From an uncultured Piscirickettsiaceae bacterium (GTDB taxonomy: Bacteria > Pseudomonadota > Gammaproteobacteria > GCF-002020875), in assembly GCA_964344325.1 (NCBI GenBank), contig CAYFMX010000001.1, positions 202,233 to 266,232 on the forward strand: DNA of 64,000 nt, in the 5' to 3' direction. The notes under the pieces were generated by a model. That model searched no databases. It saw only the letters and a program-made list of their open reading frames with translations, and was not told the origin of the DNA. The position numbers were made by a program, and so were the translations under genes. Shown here piece after piece: positions 21,381-32,249 of this stretch (within the stretch, counting starts at the first letter, position 1; every line of letters begins with the position of its first letter).

Positions 21381-22605
21381 GTTTTCTCGACATCATCGTT
21401 GCAATTGGAATCAATAAAAAAAGTAGAAAAACTCCCGGTGGCGATGAACGTGATAACCAATTTTGACTTAAACCAAATACTGCAAAAGAGACCAATGCCA
21501 TCATACCTATCATAATCCAAACATGATCTTGCTCTTCTGTATCCTGATTTATTTTTCTCCAAAGATAGAAAAAAGGAATTCCAAAAACACCTATCATGAT
21601 ACTTAGAAAACCTAATATGCCGGTTGTTGCTAAGAATTCTATGTATAAGTTATGCGCTTCTCCATAATTAGATATTTGTGCGTAACGTATATTATATTCT
21701 GCTAGTATTTTTTTATCTATATAATAGTCACCTAAGCCAGTACCAATCCACGGATTATCTTTCCAAATCTCAATTGCTGCTTCGGACATTAAAAGTCTTT
21801 GACCTACAGAACCTTCAATTTTTCCTTCCAGATAATTGGAAGATTCAACTTGTGCCTGATCCCAACGGTTTTTTACAGAATCCGGAAAAGCAAATATCAT
21901 TATTGTCAATGTTGTAAAAAATGTGAATAACAATATTATTGTATTTTTTCTCCACATTTTAAATTTCAATATACCCCAAATCATCAATAAAACTGCTGGG
22001 GGTAATGCAATCCATGCGCCACGCGTTCCTGAATAAAATGCCGCTGCAATTGCAAACAGTGAGGAAATTAAAGCCAATCCTCGGAACCAAAAAGTTTGTT
22101 GAGAAAAAAGAGCAACTGCTAGAGCCGAAAGCCCTATCACCATTGCGTAATCTCCATATAAAATAGAATTATACGATCCAACAGCAGTCTTTCCTGTACT
22201 CCATAAAAGATAAAATAAAATAGGCCCTGCTAGTAATATACCAATAGAAAAAAATCGACCTATTTGACCGCCAACTTTCCGTAGCATCAAATATGCTGGA
22301 ATCACAAACAAGAAACGCGCAACCCTTTCAAAACGTTTCATACTATTATGCATATCATCTACATTAATATAGCTGATGATTGATGCAATACATATCCCTA
22401 AAAAACCTAATAACAGCCATTTTTCCCATGAATCTAAATATTTCCATTCTGACCATGAAAAAAACAGGCCAAACAATGCAATTAATAAAACTGCTCCACT
22501 ACCTATACCTTTTACTATTGTCATCGCGACTGGAAAAATAACCACCAAACTAAACAGTATTATTTTTAAAAACTGCATACTATTTTTTTCGAACAGATAA
22601 TTCAC
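21361..22605 (-). CDS. O-antigen ligase family membrane protein (WaaL-like)
   Basis: 414 aa, about 10-12 TM helices, periplasmic loop with conserved Arg/His (GTRGAWIA...H), within the core-LPS cluster. Confidence 0.65.
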   Translation of the reverse strand: MNYLFEKNSMQFLKIILFSLVVIFPVAMTIVKGIGSGAVLLIALFGLFFSWSEWKYLDSWEKWLLLGFLGICIASIISYINVDDMHNSMKRFERVARFLFVIPAYLMLRKVGGQIGRFFSIGILLAGPILFYLLWSTGKTAVGSYNSILYGDYAMVIGLSALAVALFSQQTFWFRGLALISSLFAIAAAFYSGTRGAWIALPPAVLLMIWGILKFKMWRKNTIILLFTFFTTLTIMIFAFPDSVKNRWDQAQVESSNYLEGKIEGSVGQRLLMSEAAIEIWKDNPWIGTGLGDYYIDKKILAEYNIRYAQISNYGEAHNLYIEFLATTGILGFLSIMIGVFGIPFFYLWRKINQDTEEQDHVWIMIGMMALVSFAVFGLSQNWLSRSSPPGVFLLFLLIPIATMMSRKREIQSK

Positions 22606-23690
22606 TCTAAAATCTCTAAATACTCTTGAACTTCTCTTTCTTTCCTAAATAATTTTCTTGCTAGACCAATGTTTTCTATAGACTTTTCTTTTTCATACTT
22701 TATTTTAGAACAGACATCATAAAGAGTCTTATGTAACTCTATTTCATTTCTATTTTCCACAGCATGCCCATAAAAACCAAGGGAAAATATTTCTGGAATT
22801 GTAGTATTATCATAAGCAATGCAAACTAATCCACATCCTAATGATTCTGCTAAAACATTACCAAAGCCTTCACCGGAAGTTGGATATAAAAATACATCAT
22901 AATCTTGTAATTTACTAATAATATTCTCCACATGACCTAAAAATTTTATTCTATCTTTATAGTTAGTTAAAAGAGAAGTGTTTTTTAATTCTCGAAGATA
23001 TTCTTCTTCATCAAAATTTCCAATCAAATATAAATTGAATGGAATATTGTTTTCATAAAGTATCTGACATGCTTGAATAGCATCATCCTGTCCTTTACCT
23101 CTTGCAATTCTACCAACATGAACAACTTTAATTATCTTGTTAGTCTTTTCATGAGAAATTTCTGTTTTTTCTGAATATTGAAAAGAAGGATAAATTAATT
23201 TTATTTTCGAACTAGAGGAAATAGGAAATATATTGCGCACATTCCTTTTTAAATGATTGCTAATCACCACATGCCAATTAACACAGCTATACATCCATGT
23301 ATGAAACCAATCTTTCTTGCTATGCGACATAGTTGTGCCATGTCGAATGATGACATTCACACCTTTACCAATCAATCCAAAATAAATAGATTTTATTTCT
23401 GAAGTTCCAAAAAATATTATATTTTTTATATTTTCTGTAAAAACAAGGTCTCTTATAAAAAAAATCAATCTAAAACTAAAGTGTGACCGAAAATCACACG
23501 ACTTTACGCTAATTAAAGAAGAAATTTTTTTATCTTTTAGAATACGTTCTCTTATGTAGCTTTTATTTTTACATCCGACATATAACTTTCCGTATGGACT
23601 TAATTTTTCTGCCAAACGAACTGAATCAATCTCCATTCCTCCTTTTCCCATAGAAAAACAAAGGATTGCGGTATTGCCTATCTTATCCAT
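22602..23690 (-). CDS. GT4 family glycosyltransferase
   Basis: 362 aa, C-terminal EGFGNVLAESLGCGLVCIA motif of GT-B GT4 enzymes. Confidence 0.75.
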   Translation of the reverse strand: MDKIGNTAILCFSMGKGGMEIDSVRLAEKLSPYGKLYVGCKNKSYIRERILKDKKISSLISVKSCDFRSHFSFRLIFFIRDLVFTENIKNIIFFGTSEIKSIYFGLIGKGVNVIIRHGTTMSHSKKDWFHTWMYSCVNWHVVISNHLKRNVRNIFPISSSSKIKLIYPSFQYSEKTEISHEKTNKIIKVVHVGRIARGKGQDDAIQACQILYENNIPFNLYLIGNFDEEEYLRELKNTSLLTNYKDRIKFLGHVENIISKLQDYDVFLYPTSGEGFGNVLAESLGCGLVCIAYDNTTIPEIFSLGFYGHAVENRNEIELHKTLYDVCSKIKYEKEKSIENIGLARKLFRKEREVQEYLEILE

Positions 23691-23697
23691 TTTCTAT

Positions 23698-24720
23698 TCA
23701 TATAACATGAGAAGGAGAAATATTATTTAAACATTTCAAATGCTTAAAATAGCATTTTCGATCAAAACAAGGACTACATTCCAAACCCAAATAATATACC
23801 TTTTTTCTCCCCGTTAACGGCGGTGTATATTCTGGCGTAGAAGAACCATAAATCGCAATCACCTCCGTCCCCACTGCCGCTGCAACATGCATCAATCCGG
23901 AATCATTGGTAATCACTTTTTCGCACGCAGAAAGCAAATCAACCGCATCTTCAATGCGCGTCTTTCCACACAAATTAATCAGTGTTCGTTGTGAAATCTC
24001 AAAAATTTTTTCTCCAGCTTGGAAATCTTTTTTTGATCCTAAAATGATGACCTGATTCCCTTGATCAAACAATTTCTGACCCACTTCTGCAAAATACTCT
24101 AATGGCCACTGTTTTGCTGGACCATATTCTGCCCCCGGCAATAGTGCAATAATCTTCTTTTCTGAATAATCAAGATGATACTCTTTCTTTAAATTTTCTC
24201 TATTTTGCAAATCAATTTGTAGTTTTAGGAAAGGTACATTTACCTCTTTTTCAATTTCTTCTATGGTTTCTTTATCTGGAGCCAACGCCACATAGCGTTG
24301 CACGGTCTGTTTTAGACGGATTTTGTCCAATTCACGAATATCATTCAATAATCCATAACGCATTTCACCGCGATACCCCGTGCGTTGTGGAATCTTGGCA
24401 AAAAATGGAACCAATGCCGACTTCCAAGAACGCGGAATCACAATCGAACGATCATATTTTTCTGCACGTAATTTTTTTCCTAACTGCCGACACGCTTGTA
24501 ATCCTAATTTTCCATGTGGAACATCCAACGCAATCGCATTGGTCACTTCAGGCATCCGCTGAACAACGGGTAATGACCACGTCGGCGCAACGACATCAAT
24601 TTGCAGGTCTTCTAGAGTTCTATTTTTCTCTTTTTCTTGCTGTTGCAAAGTGATGCAGAGGCTTTGCATCATCACCATATCTCCAATCCAAGAAGGCCCA
24701 ACAATCAGGATTTTTTTCAT
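23698..24720 (-). CDS. waaF: ADP-heptose:LPS heptosyltransferase II WaaF
   Basis: 340 aa, long collinear similarity to E. coli RfaF (KILIVGPSWIGDMVM, GEMRYGLLND, LLPGAEYGPAK, VITNDSGLMHVAAA). Confidence 0.85.
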   Translation of the reverse strand: MKKILIVGPSWIGDMVMMQSLCITLQQQEKEKNRTLEDLQIDVVAPTWSLPVVQRMPEVTNAIALDVPHGKLGLQACRQLGKKLRAEKYDRSIVIPRSWKSALVPFFAKIPQRTGYRGEMRYGLLNDIRELDKIRLKQTVQRYVALAPDKETIEEIEKEVNVPFLKLQIDLQNRENLKKEYHLDYSEKKIIALLPGAEYGPAKQWPLEYFAEVGQKLFDQGNQVIILGSKKDFQAGEKIFEISQRTLINLCGKTRIEDAVDLLSACEKVITNDSGLMHVAAAVGTEVIAIYGSSTPEYTPPLTGRKKVYYLGLECSPCFDRKCYFKHLKCLNNISPSHVI

Positions 24721-24827
24721 GGTGAATCAGTAGGAACTCAAAAAATCATTTCAGAAAAAACGAAAGAGAAAAAACCAAAGAAAATTGATATAGAAGTTAC
24801 ACGAAAATATAGAGACAGAATGTAAAA

Positions 24828-25793
24828 TCAAGCGTTTAAAATGTCCAGATAATTCTGAACCCCTGCATTCACATCCAGAAATTCTTTCGCATAGCCCACG
24901 TTACGTAACGCAGACATATCTGCTTCTGTGAAACTCTGGTATGCGCCCTTCAAATGATCTGGAAACGGAATGTATTCAATTCTTCCATTCTGTCCCTGCG
25001 CTTGATGCCATGCAACCACTGCATTTGCCATGTCGTTGAAGGATTGTGATTTTCCGGTTCCCAAATTGAAAATCCCGGATTTTTCCGGATGACCCAAAAA
25101 CCAAAGGTTCACATCAACCGCGTCCCCAACGTAGACAAAATCGCGCCGCTGCTCGCCATCTCCATATCCATCACAACCTGCAAACAATTTCGCAACCCCA
25201 TTGTCCAAAATCTGGTTGTTAAAGTGAAACGCTGTGCTCGACATCGTTCCTTTATGCTGCTCCCGCGGCCCATAAACATTGAAATAGCGGAAACCAACTA
25301 CCTGGCTGTTCTGCGCTGCAATTTCCGGCTGCAGTCGACGTACATACTGATCAAACTGAAATTTGGAATAGGCGTACATATTGATCGGCTTTTCGTGCTG
25401 CCGATCTTCCTTGAATACCGCGCCGCTACCATATACCGACGCAGAAGAAGCATACAAATACTGCGCCTTGTTCCTCAGACACCAATGGAGCAACGATTTG
25501 GAATATTCGTAGTTGTTTTCCATGATGAACAACCCATCCCACTCTGTTGTCGCGGAACACGCGCCCTCATGGAAAATCGCCTGTACATTCCCGCCAAATT
25601 TTTCACCCATTTCAACCCGTTCGATGAAATCGTGACGATCCATATAGTCAGCAATATCCAGATCGGAAAGATTGACCATCTTCCGACCATTTTTCAGGTT
25701 ATCGACCACCAAAATGTCGCGCTCGCCGCGCTCGTTCAACGCTTTGACAATATTGCTACCGATAAATCCGGCTCCGCCTGTCACAATAATCAT
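24828..25793 (-). CDS. hldD: ADP-L-glycero-D-manno-heptose-6-epimerase HldD
   Basis: [14 protein letters not shown] Rossmann start, SDR-type epimerase; start taken at the internal Met rather than the MSRCCCK extension. Confidence 0.85.
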   Translation of the reverse strand: MIIVTGGAGFIGSNIVKALNERGERDILVVDNLKNGRKMVNLSDLDIADYMDRHDFIERVEMGEKFGGNVQAIFHEGACSATTEWDGLFIMENNYEYSKSLLHWCLRNKAQYLYASSASVYGSGAVFKEDRQHEKPINMYAYSKFQFDQYVRRLQPEIAAQNSQVVGFRYFNVYGPREQHKGTMSSTAFHFNNQILDNGVAKLFAGCDGYGDGEQRRDFVYVGDAVDVNLWFLGHPEKSGIFNLGTGKSQSFNDMANAVVAWHQAQGQNGRIEYIPFPDHLKGAYQSFTEADMSALRNVGYAKEFLDVNAGVQNYLDILNA

Positions 25794-25809
25794 TTTTTTT
25801 ATCTTTTCC

Positions 25810-28800
25810 TTACAACAGCACCTGCTCAATGCCGTCGTCTGCTTTGATTTTTTTCAGGAATTTCTGCTGCCACTTTTCACCATGCAGGCGACGCGCCAAC
25901 TCCACCACCACATAATCAACACCTAATCCGGTTGACTCTTCATAACGCATCAGCCCTTGCTGGCAAGAAGGGCAACTAGTAAGAATTTTCACCTTGTCGC
26001 GTAAACCAACTTGCTCTTTCCCAATCAATGATTGGATACCTGTCTTTAATTCACGTTCTTTGCGAAATTTCACCTGCGTTGCAATATCAGGGCGGCTGAC
26101 CGCAAATGTTCCTGATTCGCCGCAACAACGGTCTGACAGCAACACGTCCTGCCCCATCAACGTGGAAACGGTTCGGACTGCATTCGTCGCCTTCATTGGC
26201 GTATGGCACGGATCGTGATACAGGTAATTTCCTGCATTATTTTTCTTACCAGCATCATCAGTTTCGAGCGTAACACCCTTCGCACGCAAATATTCGTGAA
26301 TATCCATCAATTTGCAATCGGGGAAAATCTGCTGGAATTCGTATTGCATCAACTGATCCATACAAGTTCCGCAAGAGACCAGCACCGTGCGAATATCCAG
26401 ATAATTCAGCGTATTGGCAATTCGGTGAAACAGTACCCGGTTGCCCATCGAAATTTGATGGCCTTGTTTCTCCTGCCCGGCTGCGCGTTGCGGGTAACCA
26501 CAGCAGAGATAACCCGGCGGCAAAATCGTCTGCACATCCAGCGCATAGAGCATGTTCAAAACTGCCAGCTCGACTTGCCCAAACAAACGCTCCGCGCCAC
26601 AACCCGGGAAAAAGAAAACTGCTTCCGAATCATCGGTTGTCGTTTTTGGATTGCGCAAGATCGGCACATAGCGTGGATCTTCCAAGCCCAGAATCGCACG
26701 TGGCATTTTGCCGCCGATCTTCTCGCCCGGCATCGGATGGCGTAGAAAATGAACCAACTGTTCCTGCAATTTCGGTGGTTCAGTCGTCGCCGTCGGACGC
26801 GGACGGGCGCGAAATTTCAGCAACGAACGCGTCCATTGATGCGCCAACCGCTGCATCCGATAACTAAACTGCACCAACCCCATCCGCATCAGCCGGATTG
26901 ACCCCGGATTGGTCGCATTCAAAAACCGCATCGACATCCAGTGTGCCGGACTTGATTTGCGCTTACCAAGCTTCTTCAGTACGGTGCGCATCTGCATCGT
27001 CACCTTGCCGAAATCAATATTGACCGGACATTTCGCCTCGCATCGGTGGCAAATTGTGCAATGGTCAGCGATATTGTTCATCTCGGTAAAATGGCGGAAT
27101 GAAATCCCCCGGCGCGTTTGTTCTTCGTAGAGTACTGCTTCAATCATCAAACCGGTTGCCAAGATTTTGTTACGCGGTGAATAGAGCAGATTCGCCGCAG
27201 GGACATGTGTCGTACAGACCGGCTTACACTTGCCGCAACGCAGACAATCCTTGATCGACTGGTTCATGTTGCGGAGATCGTTCGCCTCCAGAATCAACGC
27301 CTCTTGCTGAACAAGCTGCAATGATGGCGTATAGGCATTTTCCAGACCGGAATCGCGCATCAATTTGCCGCGATTGAAGTGGCCTTTCGGATCAACCGCT
27401 TGTTTATACTGCGCAAACGCGTCAATTTCCGCATCATCCAGATAACCGATTTTGGTCAATCCGATCCCGTGCTCACCGGAAATGACCCCGCCGAGTGAAC
27501 AGGCCAACTCCATGATCCGGTCAACAACCCGCTCTGCCTCCTGCAACATTCCGTAATCATTGGAGTGCACCGGAATGTTGGTGTGGACGTTGCCATCCCC
27601 GGCGTGCATGTGCGTCGCGACAAACAACCGCCGCGCTTTGACACTGCTGTGAAATTCATTGATTTTATGGCGAATTTCTTCCAGATTTCGCCCGGAAAAG
27701 AGTTCGCGTAACGGTTTTTCAATCTCCTCTTTCCAGGAGACGCGCAACTCTCGTCGTTGCAAGATTTGAAACAGCGTATCTGCGCCCGGATCAAAATCAA
27801 GCAGATGCTGGTGACGTGAAGCAGGCTCGTCCATCTTCTCCAGAAAGAGTGACCAGCGCGTTTGCACCTGTTTGAGATGGTCGGCTGCAAGCTGTTCTTT
27901 ATCCACAACAATTTTGTGGTATTCCTCGCCCTCTTCCGCTTCCAGACGCTCGCTAATCTGGCGCAACTGTTTGGAGAGGAACCCCAGCAATTGATCAATC
28001 CCGTCCAGTTTGTTCTGGATCGATTGCTCAATGTTGATGCGCTCAATTCCTTCCGCGTAATCGGCCAGACGTTCCAGCGGAATCACCACATCTTCGTTGA
28101 TTTTGAACGCATTGGTGTGTGCAGCAATCGCTGCAGTACGTGCCCGCTCTGCCCAGAATTTGCGCCGTGATTCCGGACTTTCTGCAATAAACCCTTCGCC
28201 ATCCCGTGACTGCGCAATCGCGACAACCGCTTTTGCCGCTTCGGACACGTTCTCTTCGTTTTCGCCACCAATATCAGCCAACAATACCATCCGCGGCAAA
28301 GTTGGGCGTGCCGCTTTGGTGGTGTATTTGACTGCCTTGATATAGCGTTCGTCGAGATGCTCCAGACCGATCAACGCCACACCATCCGTCTGTTTCAGTA
28401 GGTCAATCGTCTCGACAATCGCTGGAACCGCATGATGCAAATCCGAGCCAAAAAACTCCAGACAAACCGTCTGCAACACGCTGGATTGGCGATGCAGCAT
28501 AAAACGTGCAGAAGTGATTAAGCCATCACAACCCTCTTTTTGCGCTCCGGGTAATCCTTCCAGAAATTTTCGGGTCACATCCTTACCAAGACCGGGACGG
28601 CGCATTTTCTCGGTTGGGATTTTCAGGACATTGGGTTTGCCCTTGAACTGTTTTCCATCTCGCTCCAATGGCTGGACGCGAAATTCTGCATAGGGCGCAT
28701 CATGGAGTTTGCCGCGATTGTGGTTGAGCCGTTCAATCAGAATCCACTCTGCATCCGGCGTCACCATCTTCCAAGAAATCAGGTTATCAAGCGCCGTTCC

Positions 28801-29670
28801 CCAGCGCACCGCCTTTTTCCCGCCGGCATTCATCGCGATATTGCCGCCGATGGTCGAGGCGTTTTGCGAGGTAGGATCAACCGCAAAAGCCAACCCAGAT
28901 GACTCTGCTACATCGGTCACACGCTGGGTAACGACACCGGCTTCCGCACGAATACTCGCTACCCCACCGCCGCCACCGGGCAGATTGATACGCTCAATCT
29001 CGCTAATTTTTTCCAACCGTTCCAGATTGATGACAGCGGTATCCGCTTCCAGCGGCACTGCACTACCGGTATAACCCGTGCCGCCACCACGCGGGATCAT
29101 CGTCAAACCTAGCTCAATGCAAGCCTCGACAATGCCGCGTACTTCCTGTTCTGTATCGGGCGTAATGACGATAAATGGAAACTCGACGCGCCAATCCGAT
29201 GCATCCGTTGCATGAGAGACGCGTGCCAATCCATCAAAATGAATATTGTCTTTCGCAGTGACACGCGCCAGTTTGCGGAAGGTACGCTGGCGAAGTGGGG
29301 CTTGGCGGTTCAACCACTGTTCAAATTGGTCGACTGCATTTTCTGCGCTCTCCACTAATGCAAGTGTAAGCTGGTTGTTGTTGGCACGTTCCAGCACTTG
29401 CTGTAACCGAAAACGCAATGCATGAACCAACGACTGGCGGCGTTTCGCATTACCGATCAGATCATCCTGAATATAGGGGTTGCGGCGAATAACCCACATA
29501 TCGCCCAACGCTTCAAACATCATCCGCGCAGAACGCCCAGTTTTCCGCTGTCCGCGCAGTTGACTCAGAATCTCCCATGCCTCCTCACCCAGAAAACGGA
29601 TGACGATTTCACGGTCAGAAAACGAGGTGTAGTTATAGGGGATTTCGCGGATTCGGGGTGAAGATGACAT
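25810..29670 (-). CDS. DUF3683-FAD-binding oxidase fused to Fe-S (ferredoxin / CCG) oxidoreductase, YdiJ/GlcD-GlcF-like
   Basis: 1286 aa; FAD PCMH-type region, two CxxCxxCxxxCP 4Fe-4S motifs ([23 protein letters not shown]), C-terminal cysteine-rich CCG domains. Confidence 0.7.
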   Translation of the reverse strand: MSSSPRIREIPYNYTSFSDREIVIRFLGEEAWEILSQLRGQRKTGRSARMMFEALGDMWVIRRNPYIQDDLIGNAKRRQSLVHALRFRLQQVLERANNNQLTLALVESAENAVDQFEQWLNRQAPLRQRTFRKLARVTAKDNIHFDGLARVSHATDASDWRVEFPFIVITPDTEQEVRGIVEACIELGLTMIPRGGGTGYTGSAVPLEADTAVINLERLEKISEIERINLPGGGGGVASIRAEAGVVTQRVTDVAESSGLAFAVDPTSQNASTIGGNIAMNAGGKKAVRWGTALDNLISWKMVTPDAEWILIERLNHNRGKLHDAPYAEFRVQPLERDGKQFKGKPNVLKIPTEKMRRPGLGKDVTRKFLEGLPGAQKEGCDGLITSARFMLHRQSSVLQTVCLEFFGSDLHHAVPAIVETIDLLKQTDGVALIGLEHLDERYIKAVKYTTKAARPTLPRMVLLADIGGENEENVSEAAKAVVAIAQSRDGEGFIAESPESRRKFWAERARTAAIAAHTNAFKINEDVVIPLERLADYAEGIERINIEQSIQNKLDGIDQLLGFLSKQLRQISERLEAEEGEEYHKIVVDKEQLAADHLKQVQTRWSLFLEKMDEPASRHQHLLDFDPGADTLFQILQRRELRVSWKEEIEKPLRELFSGRNLEEIRHKINEFHSSVKARRLFVATHMHAGDGNVHTNIPVHSNDYGMLQEAERVVDRIMELACSLGGVISGEHGIGLTKIGYLDDAEIDAFAQYKQAVDPKGHFNRGKLMRDSGLENAYTPSLQLVQQEALILEANDLRNMNQSIKDCLRCGKCKPVCTTHVPAANLLYSPRNKILATGLMIEAVLYEEQTRRGISFRHFTEMNNIADHCTICHRCEAKCPVNIDFGKVTMQMRTVLKKLGKRKSSPAHWMSMRFLNATNPGSIRLMRMGLVQFSYRMQRLAHQWTRSLLKFRARPRPTATTEPPKLQEQLVHFLRHPMPGEKIGGKMPRAILGLEDPRYVPILRNPKTTTDDSEAVFFFPGCGAERLFGQVELAVLNMLYALDVQTILPPGYLCCGYPQRAAGQEKQGHQISMGNRVLFHRIANTLNYLDIRTVLVSCGTCMDQLMQYEFQQIFPDCKLMDIHEYLRAKGVTLETDDAGKKNNAGNYLYHDPCHTPMKATNAVRTVSTLMGQDVLLSDRCCGESGTFAVSRPDIATQVKFRKERELKTGIQSLIGKEQVGLRDKVKILTSCPSCQQGLMRYEESTGLGVDYVVVELARRLHGEKWQQKFLKKIKADDGIEQVLL

Positions 29671-29842
29671 AAATTCGGAGAATTTCAGATCGTGCGCTCT
29701 ACAAAAGGGATATTTCGTAGATTCTTCGTGATATTCCTAATGAAATATTGCTGTTAAGTACTTCATTATACTGGAATGAAGCATAATTTCGCCAATAAAA
29801 CTGCGTTGATCGCGCACGTTTGCCCTGATAGACTCAAAGAGT

Positions 29843-31186
29843 TTGTTTATATTAAACGTTATGAGAATAGTTCAAAAGACAATGATTACAATGCCGACGG
29901 CTATGCGAAACTTTTTTGTGCGTTCTACTGCTCGTGGACGTCTTGTTACGCTAGTTTTGGCAATGTTTTTGCCTGTATTTCTAGTAGGGTGTCTTTCTGG
30001 AATAGAAGAACCGCGCACAGTTCAAGCCGTTGAAATTGATGCGGTTTCTTCTGCTGCACCTATCACGGCAAGCGTGAATCAAACTATGCCTAACGCTTCT
30101 GTAGCTGCATCTACCCCACAATTACAACCGGATCTGGTACAGCAAACAAAAGCTACTACCAAAACAAATCAGGACATTATCCTGCATTCTGCAAAACAGA
30201 CTGGGCTGAAAATAGCACAAACTACCATCAATAAAAAAACCGCAGATCATCACGACCAACCTCAGAAAAAGCCGGAAGCGTTTTCGGAAATTGCCCGGAA
30301 AACGATCGCAAAAAACGCTGTAAAACCTGAGAAAAAAGCAGCTCGAGAGGATAGCCAAAAAAACCGGCCTTGGATTATCCGCACAGGTATCATTACTAAC
30401 TCTTTGGCACAATCAGGCCGACACGCTAATATTCCACCCAACAAGATCGCAGAAATCCAGAAAATCTTCGGTACACAGATTAACTTTCATCGGGATATTC
30501 GCAAAGGCGACCGATTCACGATAATTTTTGAGAAAAAGCCAAACACCCCATTAAAAAAATCCAATATTCTGGCCGTAGAAATTGTTAATCAAGGTAAGGC
30601 AATACAAGCAATCCGTTATGCGAGTAACGGTATGGCTGGATATTATTCACCAGCAGGGCATTCGATGGAAAGCGGTTTTTTACGCAACCCAGTCCAAGGC
30701 AAATCACGAATTAGCTCCCATTTTTCTCATGGTCGAATGCATCCGATCCTAAAAGTCCGTCGTCCGCATCGAGGCACTGATTTTTCGGCAAGAATCGGCA
30801 CACCTGTCATTGCGACAGCGCATGGGGTTGTTGCTAAAAAAGAGAGACAGCGTGGATATGGTAACGTCATCTTTCTAAGGCATCATAGTGGAGAATATAT
30901 GACAGTGTACGCGCATTTATCTCGTTTCGCGCGTGGACTACGGGTTGGTAAACGCGTTACGCAAGGACAAATCATTGGCTATGTCGGCAGTACCGGACTT
31001 TCTTCCGGCCCACACCTTCATTACGAATTCCGCAAGTATGGCAAGCAGCTAAATCCAATGAAAGTGAAGTTGCCTCGTAACCAGCGTCTTTCAACAAATG
31101 AGCGTAAGCAGTTTTTGAAAGTAGCCGCATCTTTGCAAACCCAGCTACAGAACAGCGCCAATGATTTACGCGTAGCATCCAGATAA
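29843..31186 (+). CDS. M23 family metallo-endopeptidase (murein DD-endopeptidase-like)
   Basis: 447 aa, N-terminal TM/lipobox (LVGC), C-terminal M23 motifs HRGTDF and GPHLHYE. Confidence 0.75.
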   Translation: MFILNVMRIVQKTMITMPTAMRNFFVRSTARGRLVTLVLAMFLPVFLVGCLSGIEEPRTVQAVEIDAVSSAAPITASVNQTMPNASVAASTPQLQPDLVQQTKATTKTNQDIILHSAKQTGLKIAQTTINKKTADHHDQPQKKPEAFSEIARKTIAKNAVKPEKKAAREDSQKNRPWIIRTGIITNSLAQSGRHANIPPNKIAEIQKIFGTQINFHRDIRKGDRFTIIFEKKPNTPLKKSNILAVEIVNQGKAIQAIRYASNGMAGYYSPAGHSMESGFLRNPVQGKSRISSHFSHGRMHPILKVRRPHRGTDFSARIGTPVIATAHGVVAKKERQRGYGNVIFLRHHSGEYMTVYAHLSRFARGLRVGKRVTQGQIIGYVGSTGLSSGPHLHYEFRKYGKQLNPMKVKLPRNQRLSTNERKQFLKVAASLQTQLQNSANDLRVASR

Positions 31187-31214
31187 ACTAATAACCAAAC
31201 AGCATTTAGCAATA

Positions 31215-31255
31215 TCCGGAAAGTTGGCCTATTCATTTCCGGTTTTTTTGTTTTT
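31215..31255 (+). terminator. rho-independent terminator after the M23 peptidase gene
   Basis: Hairpin TCCGGAAA-N14-TTTCCGG followed by a T7/T5 run. Confidence 0.5.
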
Positions 31256-31319
31256 GATCATCATCAATATACATATATATAAAAATTACAAGTACAACTA
31301 GAAAACAGAAGCTTCCCTA

Positions 31320-32249
31320 ATGAGTAATTCGGATTTTTTGACTTTTCAGGACCTGATTCTTGCCCTGCAAACCTACTGGGCAGAAAAGGGATGTGTGTTG
31401 AACCAGCCGTATGATATGGAAGTGGGCGCAGGGACATTCCACCCGTCCACCTTCCTGCGGGCGATTGGCCCGGAGCCGTGGAGTGCTGCTTATGTGCAGC
31501 CTTCGCGTCGTCCAACGGATGGACGGTATGGTGAAAACCCGAACCGGTTGCAGCACTACTACCAGTTTCAGGTGGTGATCAAACCCTCACCGCTGGAAAT
31601 TCAGGAGATGTATCTTGACTCGTTGCGGATGCTCGGTATTGACCCACTGATCCACGACATTCGGTTTGTCGAAGACAACTGGGAATCGCCGACGCTTGGT
31701 GCATGGGGGCTGGGCTGGGAAGTGTGGCTCAATGGCATGGAAGTAACACAGTTTACCTATTTCCAACAGGTGGGTGGTCTTGATTGCCGCCCGGTGACAG
31801 GTGAAATTACCTACGGTCTAGAACGTATTGCGATGTACTTGCAAGGCGTCGAAAGTGTTTTTGACTTGGTCTGGACGGATGGTCCGTTGGGACGCGTCAC
31901 TTATGGCGATGTTTTCCATCAGAACGAAGTGGAAATGTCGACCTACAACTTTGAACACGCAAACGTGGAAGAGCTGTTCCACCAGTTCGACAGCTGCGAA
32001 ACGGCGAGCAAAGAGCTGATTGAAGCGAATTTGCCACTACCAGCCTATGAAATGATGCTGAAAACTTCACATCTCTTCAACTTACTGGATGCACGGAACG
32101 CGATTTCTGTCACTGAGCGTGCGCGTTTTATCGGACGCATCCGCAGCCTTGCGCGTGCGGTCGCCAATAGTTATTACGAACGCCGTGAAAACCTGGGCTT
32201 CCCGATGCTGAAAGGACAATCTGACAATCAAGGAGGAGCCAGCGCATGA
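31320..32249 (+). CDS. glyQ: glycine--tRNA ligase alpha subunit
   Basis: 309 aa, highly conserved GlyQ sequence; overlaps glyS start. Confidence 0.95.
   Translation: MSNSDFLTFQDLILALQTYWAEKGCVLNQPYDMEVGAGTFHPSTFLRAIGPEPWSAAYVQPSRRPTDGRYGENPNRLQHYYQFQVVIKPSPLEIQEMYLDSLRMLGIDPLIHDIRFVEDNWESPTLGAWGLGWEVWLNGMEVTQFTYFQQVGGLDCRPVTGEITYGLERIAMYLQGVESVFDLVWTDGPLGRVTYGDVFHQNEVEMSTYNFEHANVEELFHQFDSCETASKELIEANLPLPAYEMMLKTSHLFNLLDARNAISVTERARFIGRIRSLARAVANSYYERRENLGFPMLKGQSDNQGGASA

Noticed and set aside
25089-25926. 252-aa and 84-aa plus-strand ORFs
   Set aside because: Antisense to hldD and to the 3' end of the FAD/Fe-S oxidoreductase; no motifs
26203-29074. Numerous 60-196-aa ORFs on both strands inside 25810-29670
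   Set aside because: All nested within or antisense to the 1286-aa oxidoreductase, which has continuous domain homology
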